The position numbers were made by a program, and so were the translations under genes. A stretch of DNA of 64,000 bases from a virus, in IMG/VR virus record IMGVR_UViG_3300004151_000008, positions 2,232-66,231 of that record; one strand, given 5' to 3'. Below are positions 55,941 to 64,000 of the stretch, one piece after another; positions within the stretch are counted from its first letter, which is position 1; the number at the start of each line of letters is the position of its first letter. A model generated the notes under the pieces. That model was not told the DNA's origin. It ran no database searches and saw only the letters and a program-made list of their open reading frames with translations.

Positions 55941-56300
55941 TTACTTCTGGCTGGCTTTTCTGTTTGCTTCTTGTTCTTCTTGTTGTAAAGATATTACTTT
56001 AGAAGCGAGAAATCTTACTTTCTCATAAAACTCAACTCGCTCCTCCTGGCCAATTTCAAAGTAATCCATACCTTTGTCTACAGCTAAAAAGTTTATGGCA
56101 AAGGCCCCGCCACTTCCAACTAAATACTGATCTGAGCAGAATGAATACAATCTTTGAAAAGGTAGATTGCATTCTAGGGTAGGAGGACGACAACTGCTGC
56201 ATGGAGGTTCTGTTTCATAAAGTTTATTAGTCTTAATACAAACTTCACAAGATGTCCTTCCTACCCCAGAGTAAAATTCTGCCCAGAGTTCTAGTTTTTT
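55941..56300 (-). CDS. Tail assembly chaperone, -1 frameshift extension (G-T-like)
   Basis: Slippery A-AAA-AAC at 56300-56294; the -1 frame is open to 55941 and includes track ORF 55941-56150. Confidence 0.8.
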   Translation of the reverse strand, partial: KKLELWAEFYSGVGRTSCEVCIKTNKLYETEPPCSSCRPPTLECNLPFQRLYSFCSDQYLVGSGGAFAINFLAVDKGMDYFEIGQEERVEFYEKVRFLASKVISLQQEEQEANRKASQK

Positions 56301-56698
56301 GTTGCCTCGTCCTCCCCAACAATCTCATCAGTCAAGGCTTTTCTAAAGGTATCAATCCACATAGAGAAAGTTTTATCTCCATCTCCAAGCACTGGATCTT
56401 CGTCAAGATACAGATTAATATTCTTGCGATTACACTCAATGACTTCATCATCAAACCCACGGAAACCCTTCCAACCAACAACAGATGCTGCACGAACTGC
56501 CCGTTGCTGAAGAGTGGGATTGAACTTCAACTCAGTTGTGAAAGAGTCTTCGCCATTAGCTTTACCAACCCAGTCAGTAAACTCAGACTCAATCTTCTGA
56601 ATCTCCCCAGGTTTAAGGTGCTTAATTTTGAGTTCGGCCTTGTCAGGGTCGCCGGGAATAGGAAAGGTACGGATAATTACACTTGTTAATTTAGGCAT
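56291..56698 (-). CDS. Tail assembly chaperone (G-like)
   Basis: Between the major tail and tape measure genes; ends ACA AAA AAC TAG. Confidence 0.85.
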   Translation of the reverse strand: MPKLTSVIIRTFPIPGDPDKAELKIKHLKPGEIQKIESEFTDWVGKANGEDSFTTELKFNPTLQQRAVRAASVVGWKGFRGFDDEVIECNRKNINLYLDEDPVLGDGDKTFSMWIDTFRKALTDEIVGEDEATKN

Positions 56699-56738
56699 TT
56701 TGATTCCTCATAGTCTTGGTGGTTTAGTTTAACTTCTG

Positions 56739-56800
56739 AAAAATGACCCTCCGCAGCTTGCCAATATCCACCAAGACAAGGGCAACGCTTTGGAGGGTCA
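56739..56800 (-). terminator. Terminator after the major tail gene
   Basis: tgaccctcc/ggagggtca stem with inner ttgcc/ggcaa, and a U-tract on the minus strand. Confidence 0.65.
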
Positions 56801-56812
56801 AAGGGTTATTAA

Positions 56813-57580
56813 TTAGAAAGTTGCTTGAACCTCGATAGGCACACCACCATGAAGCTTGATCGTGGTAGCAGCAGTAGTAGTGGGCAAAACAGCCTCATCG
56901 CCAACTGCATCAACAAAGGTCATGGTAGCGTCAGAAACAGTAGCAATTTTAAGATAATAAACAGTGTCAAGGTGCCCGGTAACTCCATGAACAATGACAG
57001 TATCACCTACTGCAAAGCCAAGGTCAGCAACAAAACCGTAGTTGGTCGTGTCAGCAGAAGTGGCAGACGCAGAAACACCCGCACCACCAGCAGTCAACGA
57101 GAAAGTAGCAGACGAAGTATTCACAGCATGTTTATCATACATGATGTGGCTACCGCCAATTACAATACTGATGGAAGAAGAAAAGATTTGATTCTTTGAA
57201 GCTTTTGGGCTATCGAAAGTACCAACCATAACGTAGCCGCCAGGATCAGTAATAAGATCAAGGGCTACGAAGTCAGTGGAGTCTAGCCAGAACCACATAT
57301 CCTGGATCTGAGCACCAGTACGAGCGCAAGTAGATAGATAAGTCTGCGAAACATCACCTTTCGCAAAGTAATAGTTAGACTCAATGTCAGAATACGATGC
57401 ACCCGTAGCGTACTTGGTGCCGATTCGAGTACCGATGACATCTACACTCTCCGTATTCTGAGTAAATCCCAGAGGCAGCGTCATATCCTGCAGACCTTTA
57501 ACTACGAGCTGAGTGCTCTTACCGCTGTGTACAGTAAGCATACTCGCTTGAGCAGCTACATAACCACCATTAATTGCCAT
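56813..57580 (-). CDS. Major tail (tube) protein with C-terminal accessory domain
   Basis: Position; GGAGG RBS; beta-rich composition. Confidence 0.8.
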   Translation of the reverse strand: MAINGGYVAAQASMLTVHSGKSTQLVVKGLQDMTLPLGFTQNTESVDVIGTRIGTKYATGASYSDIESNYYFAKGDVSQTYLSTCARTGAQIQDMWFWLDSTDFVALDLITDPGGYVMVGTFDSPKASKNQIFSSSISIVIGGSHIMYDKHAVNTSSATFSLTAGGAGVSASATSADTTNYGFVADLGFAVGDTVIVHGVTGHLDTVYYLKIATVSDATMTFVDAVGDEAVLPTTTAATTIKLHGGVPIEVQATF

Positions 57581-57656
57581 CTTGCATACCTCCGTTATTT
57601 TGTTTTGTTTCGCAAGAAATTAAAAAGAGGCCAAGATGGCCTTATACAACAATTAT

Positions 57657-57686
57657 AGACTACACTAACATTAGTAGTTCTGTCAA
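57657..57686 (-). promoter_or_regulatory. Sigma70-like promoter for the major tail gene
   Basis: TTGACA-18-TAGTCT. Confidence 0.4.
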
Positions 57687-57689
57687 GTA

Positions 57690-58097
57690 TTAAATGACCA
57701 TGAACCTAATAATATTAGCTATACCTTTATATCCTGGATATGGGTTTATTTCAACAGACTTCATGTCTACATAGTTAACCCCACTAATAGTTTTAAACAA
57801 CAAACCACCAAGCAACATATTTGAATACAGTGTGGTCCCGTTTAAACCAGTGTTGGTTTTAAATACAGTAGAGACAGTTACAGTTCCATGAACTTCTGCA
57901 TCAGTCCCCGTAACATCTGTTGCTACTAAGGTGTCCCCGTAATTAACTGAGACAGTGACAAAGAATGTACCTGCAAAATGCTCAAGATCAACTACAAACT
58001 TATTTGGATAGTTAATCGGAATAGCAGAATAACTAGCAGTATGTAGACCTTTTATTGTTTCAATGATTGTGCTTCTGACTTCATCAAGAGATATCAT
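57690..58097 (-). CDS. Tail terminator-like protein
   Basis: Size and position before the major tail gene. Confidence 0.65.
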   Translation of the reverse strand: MISLDEVRSTIIETIKGLHTASYSAIPINYPNKFVVDLEHFAGTFFVTVSVNYGDTLVATDVTGTDAEVHGTVTVSTVFKTNTGLNGTTLYSNMLLGGLLFKTISGVNYVDMKSVEINPYPGYKGIANIIRFMVI

Positions 58098-58585
58098 AAA
58101 TCACCAAGGTCAACATCAATAATTCTGCTACTCAACCTTTCTTTGAAGCGTTCAAAAGCCCCAGCAGGTTCATTCACATCTCTAACTGGCCCATACTCGA
58201 CAACATCCCACTGAGGAGAACCATTAGTAATTGTTAGATCTTTTGTTAAGTATCCTTTGTAATCGTCGGGGATAGCACCAGCATTAGCAACTCTTGCAAT
58301 ATTTACCGCTGTCTCATGTCCCCGTTCAAAAGCTTCATTAGCACTGGCTGGCTTTGGCAATATCTCAAAGGTGTCTTCTGCTTTCAGCCCTATTCTATAG
58401 GACGCTACAGTAGAACCACTATACTGTGGAGTCTGCATGAGAAGGATATCAAAGTCATCCTCAATAGCTTCTTTAAGCGCCTGACCACCACGTTTGTACA
58501 GAGTAACTGAACTGATCTCTCTTAGTTGCTTGGCGAATTGAGAAGCATTTAGCTTTATCATGGTCGGCAATGACAGATACTGCAA
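58094..58585 (-). CDS. Tail completion / neck protein
   Basis: TPQYSG..VAS..I motif; position. Confidence 0.65.
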   Translation of the reverse strand: MQYLSLPTMIKLNASQFAKQLREISSVTLYKRGGQALKEAIEDDFDILLMQTPQYSGSTVASYRIGLKAEDTFEILPKPASANEAFERGHETAVNIARVANAGAIPDDYKGYLTKDLTITNGSPQWDVVEYGPVRDVNEPAGAFERFKERLSSRIIDVDLGDL

Positions 58586-59391
58586 CCATCAGCATCAACA
58601 GAGATTGATAAGATTCTAAATGATCCAACAGTATCAGACACTTTTGGAGCAATAGTTGGCTTAATGGTTATGGTCTTATCTCCAGGCTTTAACTCAGCAA
58701 ATCTCTCAGAGGTGTTGTCATAGTATAGATAAGCTTCTTCAACAAACGCCTGTACACTTTGTGTAGCAGGAGCTATGCTTGTGTCCGCGACAGGGTCATA
58801 AGTTCCAGCACTTGAGAATGTTAACGTCTGCAATGGGGACTCTAACAGGGTTACGTCAGCTACAAGGAATCCAGCATTGTCAACGAATGGAACATTTCTT
58901 ACTCTGTAATAATTGCTACTGTTGTGTACAACAATCTTTCCTTTTGCTACTGCTTCGTTTCTAGCAAAGTAAAAAGAAAAGTTTGAGAATATTTCTGATT
59001 CTTGTTTCTCAAGAGTAACATCTTTTATAAAAATTGGATGGCCGTAAACATCTCTAGTTGGCAGCGAACCAGAAAGAATCTGGTAAACAGAGGCAACCTT
59101 GGATGTAGCACCAACCGGCAACACTGGGTACTTAACTCGTATCACTTCTCCTTTCCACATATCTTGGTTGCCGTAACCAACAATGAAATTCTCACTGTTT
59201 AAGGTAACGACATTATTAGCAAAAACTGCAAGCTCAGGTTGCAGTTCAAGAATTCTTCGTCTTGATGATTGTCCAGAGTTTGTGACTTCGTTAAAAACAG
59301 TCAGTCTACCTTTAAGGGCTGGCGTAAGCACATTATATGGGTCTGTGAAAGACTCTGTTGCAAATCGTTTTACAGACTTATGCAAGTTCAT
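58558..59391 (-). CDS. Head-tail connector / closure protein
   Basis: Position; C-terminal K.GD..I...P...D. Confidence 0.6.
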   Translation of the reverse strand: MNLHKSVKRFATESFTDPYNVLTPALKGRLTVFNEVTNSGQSSRRRILELQPELAVFANNVVTLNSENFIVGYGNQDMWKGEVIRVKYPVLPVGATSKVASVYQILSGSLPTRDVYGHPIFIKDVTLEKQESEIFSNFSFYFARNEAVAKGKIVVHNSSNYYRVRNVPFVDNAGFLVADVTLLESPLQTLTFSSAGTYDPVADTSIAPATQSVQAFVEEAYLYYDNTSERFAELKPGDKTITIKPTIAPKVSDTVGSFRILSISVDADGCSICHCRP

Positions 59392-59897
59392 TATTCAGTT
59401 ACCGGATCAATTTCAGGAACAATTCTATTGATAAGCGAAATTGCATTGTAACTTACTGTAGCACCTAGTGCTACACTTAGCTCGTTCTTAATAGTTGCTA
59501 GGTTAGCTCTAATGTTATTGCTCACGCTAAGAAACGTAGACTCGGCAGAGAAACGAACAGCAGTAGTCTTGCCATCTGATTCCTGCTTCATAGCTGTTAG
59601 CGACAGGCCAGATAAACAAACTTCAGCTACAGTATAAGTAGCAAACTCTTTTATTAAACCAAGTAAGGTGTCTTGGGTTTCTGTTGGGGAAGGTAAAGCA
59701 TCAAGCTCATCAAAATAAGCATAGAGAGTCTTACCTGCACTATCAGAAGTAGACCGCAAAGCTCGCTGAAGAGCAGAAGCGTAAGTAGCTAAGGCGAGAG
59801 TAGTGTCCTCTACCTCGTACTCGCTTACACCAAGTACAGCTCTCACATCAGCGTATGTTGTATAGTCAAGGATATTGATCAACTCAACCACCACCAA
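59391..59897 (-). CDS. Head-tail adaptor protein
   Basis: YTTYADVRAVLGVS..E; position after the capsid gene. Confidence 0.65.
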   Translation of the reverse strand: MVVVELINILDYTTYADVRAVLGVSEYEVEDTTLALATYASALQRALRSTSDSAGKTLYAYFDELDALPSPTETQDTLLGLIKEFATYTVAEVCLSGLSLTAMKQESDGKTTAVRFSAESTFLSVSNNIRANLATIKNELSVALGATVSYNAISLINRIVPEIDPVTE

Positions 59898-60064
59898 GCA
59901 TGCCAGGGATTACTTTCAATCCCCAAGCCGCACAAAGGGCCACAATGATAGGTACAGGGATCTCAACAAGCTGCTCTTTCTTTACAGACAGATAAGCCCA
60001 TACACCAGCGACTATAGCAGTCACACCTATTTGAGCAATAGAGGGAGCGATTGTGCTGAACATG

Positions 60065-60322
60065 TCAAACCTCTTTTACAAGATTAGCCTTCATCTGGCT
60101 TTTAAGCCAATTGTCTTCAATCACAGGCACAGCATGTTCAGGATTAATAGGAATGTATTTGGCCTGAAACGGGTGCCAGAGAGAGTTGTTCGTACAATAG
60201 ACCTTAATAATTTTTACTTCTTTAACCTTGGGCATCTCAACTGCTGGAGTCTCTTCTACTTCATCAACTGGAACAGAACTCACAACAACTGGTTCAACTG
60301 GTTTATTTCTGGGGCGAGCCAT
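60065..60322 (-). CDS. Small virion-region protein
   Basis: AAGG RBS; MARPR start. Confidence 0.6.
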   Translation of the reverse strand: MARPRNKPVEPVVVSSVPVDEVEETPAVEMPKVKEVKIIKVYCTNNSLWHPFQAKYIPINPEHAVPVIEDNWLKSQMKANLVKEV

Positions 60323-60402
60323 AACACACCTTATATAAGTAACCCATCGGGGTGCGCTGCTAAGATATACTCAAAGTCAAGCGTGATAGGTGTTGTTTAA
60401 GG

Positions 60403-60441
60403 TTAACCCAACTGTCAAGGGTTACTTGACAGTTGGGTTAA
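60403..60441. terminator. Perfect 17-bp hairpin after the major capsid gene
   Basis: ttaacccaactgtcaag-ggtta-cttgacagttgggttaa; no U-tract. Confidence 0.6.
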
Positions 60442-60450
60442 GTACTAAGA

Positions 60451-61668
60451 TTAGCTGTTGGTCAGGCTAACTACCGAAAAAGAATCATCGAAGATACGCA
60501 CCGTTTTCATGCCGAAGGACGATACGAAGGCAGAACCCCGACGAAGCACAAACCTCTCAACATCACTATAGGAAGCATTGCTGTTAACAAACTTCTGCAT
60601 AGCAAACCGAGAATCCAGACCCATCAAAGTGTTTGCAGGCCAAGAGTAGTCAGACGGCACTACATAGATCTTGACGTTGTCAACAAGGTTAGGATAGATG
60701 AGAGAGAACGGAGTATCAAGTCGATCAGTGCTGTTGTTCTGTACATTGGTCGGGCGATCAGTACGACCCTCAATAGCTAACATACCAGCATAGTCAGTAA
60801 CGATGTAGTCGATCTGTCGTTTCTGTAGACCAGTATACAACCACTTCATGTAAGCCTTATGAGTGATTACACCATCAGCAGCAATAGCACTGTCGAAGGT
60901 GTCGGCATTGAGCTGGGCAAGGGCAGCAGTACCATACGAGCCTGCATCCAAATCACCCTGCAAGATGTCGAGCAAGTCCTCACCAACACGCTTATACGCC
61001 TCTACCTCAGACTGCCGACGCATTGCCAGAGCTACCATATCAATGGTAGTGCCTTGCAGGGCCTGATCAGAGATCATGACTGCAATCGGAGTCTCAGGAA
61101 TGGTAATGCTCTTCTCAGAGGCTTTGATGGTCATCATCACTGCAGGCTCTGCCAACTGAGCACGGGCCTGATTACGAGCCTCTTCCGGACCACGTTTACG
61201 GGTATAGTCAATGACCGGCTGCTCAACCCGAGAGTTGGCGACAGTGGTGGTCATAGCCACCATGTTGTTAAAAGCAACAACAGGGGACTGACGATCATAA
61301 TTCATCTGGTTCTCTACCAGCTCAATGATAGCAGCAGGGAACAGAACACGGGACTGAACCGGGTTAATCTCAAGACCCTGAGCAGCTACGTTGAAACCAA
61401 CTCCACCAGGAGCAGTGCCGAAAATGACATCCGCCATAGTGGTTGGTTTCAGACCCAAACTGTTGTCACCAGTAAAGTTCAGACCAGCAGACGCACACAA
61501 CTGAGTGAACGAATCATATTTAGAGTCAGCAACCGTAGGCATAGTTGCATTAATGTACTGACGGAGGGTTTTACCCTGCCGCTGCGCCTCTTGATAATGA
61601 TCAAGAGTTACACGGGCCTCAACCCGCGCACCAGTTTTGTCAACAAACGAACAAGTATCCATTGCCAT
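60451..61668 (-). CDS. Major capsid protein
   Basis: 405 aa after protease and decoration genes, followed by a strong hairpin; AGGAG RBS. Confidence 0.85.
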   Translation of the reverse strand: MAMDTCSFVDKTGARVEARVTLDHYQEAQRQGKTLRQYINATMPTVADSKYDSFTQLCASAGLNFTGDNSLGLKPTTMADVIFGTAPGGVGFNVAAQGLEINPVQSRVLFPAAIIELVENQMNYDRQSPVVAFNNMVAMTTTVANSRVEQPVIDYTRKRGPEEARNQARAQLAEPAVMMTIKASEKSITIPETPIAVMISDQALQGTTIDMVALAMRRQSEVEAYKRVGEDLLDILQGDLDAGSYGTAALAQLNADTFDSAIAADGVITHKAYMKWLYTGLQKRQIDYIVTDYAGMLAIEGRTDRPTNVQNNSTDRLDTPFSLIYPNLVDNVKIYVVPSDYSWPANTLMGLDSRFAMQKFVNSNASYSDVERFVLRRGSAFVSSFGMKTVRIFDDSFSVVSLTNS

Positions 61669-61692
61669 TGTATGTTATCTCCTATAGTTAAA

Positions 61693-62181
61693 TTATTGTT
61701 TCTCAACAAGAACAAGCGTAGTGTCTGCGCCAGATCCGGAGATAACTTTCCAATGTTTGCGGTGCATGTACGGAAGCAGCTCTGCGGTAGTATCGACAGC
61801 AGTCCCAGCCACACCAGCATAAACACCACTTACAGAAACCTTACCATAACCAAGAGTTTCAGCGGTTTTTGCAGCAGCAGGAGCAGCAGCTTCTACCATA
61901 TAACCAAAAGTGATAGCGCCATCGCAGCGTACCCATTTTCGTCCACCAATCTGGACAGTGCCAAAGGCATAGCCATCCTGAGTGAAAGCATCAACACTTG
62001 CAAGAAATCCATCAATACCATCGCCATCAGCACACAAGGCATAGGTATTGGCGGCAGCAAGTTTAACAGGTTTGCCAATATCGGCATCAGTGAGATTACC
62101 ACCAGCAGCTACAGTGCCAGTACCAAGTTTGGCCGAAACCAGATCATTCAGATTGGCCAATTCGTCAAAAGTCCACGCCAT
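61693..62181 (-). CDS. Head decoration / capsid cement protein
   Basis: D.GK.VKL......C.DGD.I.G; position. Confidence 0.7.
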   Translation of the reverse strand: MAWTFDELANLNDLVSAKLGTGTVAAGGNLTDADIGKPVKLAAANTYALCADGDGIDGFLASVDAFTQDGYAFGTVQIGGRKWVRCDGAITFGYMVEAAAPAAAKTAETLGYGKVSVSGVYAGVAGTAVDTTAELLPYMHRKHWKVISGSGADTTLVLVEKQ

Positions 62182-62204
62182 TTTAATATCTCCTTATTTA
62201 AGAT

Positions 62205-63626
62205 TTATCGCGTGATGTTAGCGGCCCGAAGTTGGCCCTCATGAATAGAGTCCTGCACCAGAGGAGATTGCTCACCTTTGGGTTCTTCAACGGAGGCTTG
62301 TCGTTTCTTAAACAGTCCACCCGTTTTAAATTCTTTGTCATAAGCGTCAGTAACAGCTTCATACTCTGCAAGCAGAGACTCAGTACTGAACTTGGTCAGA
62401 TCAACAGAAGATTGGAAGTTCAGCGCAATACGCCGATTCGTAGTAACTTCGGCTACGATCTGCTTCAGGGTGACAGCTTGAGCCTCGAACTTGGCTGAAG
62501 CTGCAGCAATGGTTGCTTCAAGATTTGCAATTTTCTGGTCCTTCTCTACCAGAGCGTCAGTAAGAGTGGAAAGTTGTTTAGAGATATCCTCAGTTTTAAC
62601 TTCCAAGGCCAGTTCAGTCTCTTCAGCCACAACCGGTTCCGTGACTTCCTCTTCAGAAGTGTTCTCTTCTGCGTTCAAAATTTTATCTACTTCTTCTTGG
62701 GTGCAGCCAATTTCATCGAGGCTTTTGCCCGAATCCAAGGCAGCTCTAAGTGCCTGTTTGTTCATAGAAAAACCTCCATGAGTTTGTGTGGTGGTGGAAC
62801 GTTGAGTTTGAATATATTGCATAACATCATCATATGATAACACAGCATCTGCAAGCCCAACCCTGACTGCTTCTTCACCAATGAATGTTGCTCCATTCAG
62901 GGCTTCAGTCTTCAAATTAGGTCGGGCTTTCTGCATTGACGTGCTAAAAATTGTTGCTATCTGGTTTACTTGGTCCTGCAAATGAGAAAGCTCTTTGTCA
63001 CTTAAATTTTTGTGGGGTGAACCAACGGCTTTAAGCTCAGAAGATTTGATTTCAGTCACCAAAATTCCCTCGTCCTGAAGTTGTTTTTCACGCGAAACGT
63101 GAACCAACTTAACCCCAAGACTGCCACTTTCCGATTCGGGGGAGACAAAAATCTTCCTTGCTTGTGACCCCAACCAGTACGCACCACTGCAGCACATACT
63201 TGAAGTATAAGAATAGACAGGTTTGATAGCATCAGCCTTCTTGATAGCCTCAGCCCCGTCAACAACTCCAAACGCGCTTCCACCGGGAGAAGAAAACATG
63301 AGTAGAACATCTTGGACTTCAGGGTTGGTTGCAGCGTGCATGACATTTCTACGAATTTCATCATACGACGCATAACCAAAAATACGAGTCAACCAATTTC
63401 CAGATGAGAGAATACCACCAGAAATCTTGTATACTGCAGTGCCATTGATCACATCATAGTCTGCACTATTTGCATAATCCTCTTCATCCTCCTCGTCATC
63501 GTAAGCAGCCTTTCTCTCAAGGTACTCTGCAGAGTCAATGAAGGCTTCAATCCGAGCGTAAGAGTCGAATAACTCTTCTGTTCGGAAAGGATGAATTGCT
63601 GTGATCTCTATAATATTTTTAGTCAT
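62205..63626 (-). CDS. S49-family prohead protease with C-terminal scaffold
   Basis: SPGG, CCSGAYWLGSQA, GSLGV, G.EAV..GLAD; coiled-coil C-terminus. Confidence 0.88.
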   Translation of the reverse strand: MTKNIIEITAIHPFRTEELFDSYARIEAFIDSAEYLERKAAYDDEEDEEDYANSADYDVINGTAVYKISGGILSSGNWLTRIFGYASYDEIRRNVMHAATNPEVQDVLLMFSSPGGSAFGVVDGAEAIKKADAIKPVYSYTSSMCCSGAYWLGSQARKIFVSPESESGSLGVKLVHVSREKQLQDEGILVTEIKSSELKAVGSPHKNLSDKELSHLQDQVNQIATIFSTSMQKARPNLKTEALNGATFIGEEAVRVGLADAVLSYDDVMQYIQTQRSTTTQTHGGFSMNKQALRAALDSGKSLDEIGCTQEEVDKILNAEENTSEEEVTEPVVAEETELALEVKTEDISKQLSTLTDALVEKDQKIANLEATIAAASAKFEAQAVTLKQIVAEVTTNRRIALNFQSSVDLTKFSTESLLAEYEAVTDAYDKEFKTGGLFKKRQASVEEPKGEQSPLVQDSIHEGQLRAANITR

Positions 63627-63633
63627 ACCTTAT

Positions 63634-63662
63634 CCTATAGAATAATAAAATTACTTTGTCAA
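63634..63662 (-). promoter_or_regulatory. Sigma70-like promoter for the protease/capsid operon
   Basis: TTGACA-17-TATAGG. Confidence 0.45.
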
Positions 63663-63681
63663 GGATTATTTTTAAATAATT

Positions 63682-63999
63682 TTACTTTCCTGAAGTCGAA
63701 TTCGATTTGGGTTGCTGGTCTTTGGGAGTTGTTGCTTTTCCGGCAGCAGTATCGTTGACTCCATCAGGAGAAACTGAGGTGTTGCTATACGGATTTCCTG
63801 TTTCTGGAGCCGTATTTGCTCTGAACCCTGTGCCAGATAGTGGGGTGTAGTTACCAGAGGGTAGTGAGCCTGTAAGAATCAAAGAGCACTCTTCATCAGA
63901 AATTATACCAAGCGACAACTGCTCAAGGAACAACGACTGCTTCAGTGCCTCGAAACTCCACAGCTCATCTTTTGGTCTTAATGAAGGCGGAGCATACTT
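63682..63999 (-). CDS. Portal protein, C-terminal part (5' end lies outside the window)
   Basis: Frame is open from the window edge: KYAPPSLRPKDEL...LEQLSLG.ISDEE; position upstream of the protease. Confidence 0.65.
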   Translation of the reverse strand, partial: KYAPPSLRPKDELWSFEALKQSLFLEQLSLGIISDEECSLILTGSLPSGNYTPLSGTGFRANTAPETGNPYSNTSVSPDGVNDTAAGKATTPKDQQPKSNSTSGK

Positions 64000-64000
64000 G

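Noticed and set aside
56252-56689. 145-aa plus-strand ORF, plus other antisense ORFs in the track (e.g. 14568-15065, 22806-23348, 52079-52561)
   Set aside because: They lie opposite well-supported genes and lack recognisable motifs or initiation signals.
60859-62244. 461-aa plus-strand ORF
   Set aside because: Antisense shadow of the capsid and decoration genes; Ser/Thr-rich with no motifs or RBS.

Overview
This window is a 64 kb slice of a tailed dsDNA phage genome, most likely a lytic siphovirus (long tape-measure gene, no integrase or repressor module seen). It has two convergent arms that meet at a hairpin terminator near 36,050-36,090. The + arm (1 to ~36,030) holds small early/accessory ORFs and a replication/nucleotide module: primase-helicase, class II ribonucleotide reductase, SF2 helicase, PolA with a fused 5' nuclease, RuvC-like resolvase, Mre11 with a split Rad50, a dNTP diphosphohydrolase and ThyX. 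It also carries 7 tRNAs and five selfish-nuclease genes (GIY-YIG, three HNH-like, TnpB with an omegaRNA-like 3' region). The - arm holds portal (partial), S49 head protease, decoration protein, major capsid, neck/tail genes, tape measure, tail-tip genes, a tail spike, a lysis-like cluster containing a ferredoxin, and a higher-GC ~6.8 kb island whose last two genes carry signal peptides. The best leads are: the signal-peptide fibre/beta-propeller island; the ferredoxin and an RBS-occluding 34-bp palindrome in the lysis cluster; repeated promoter + small DNA-binding ORF + nuclease cassettes; a structured region and antisense promoter around the GIY-YIG gene; the split Rad50; a thrice-repeated TTCGGAA-CT-TTCCGAA element; and RBS-containing direct repeats flanking single accessory genes. 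All family assignments come from motif recognition by eye. No database searches, folding or composition calculations were run.
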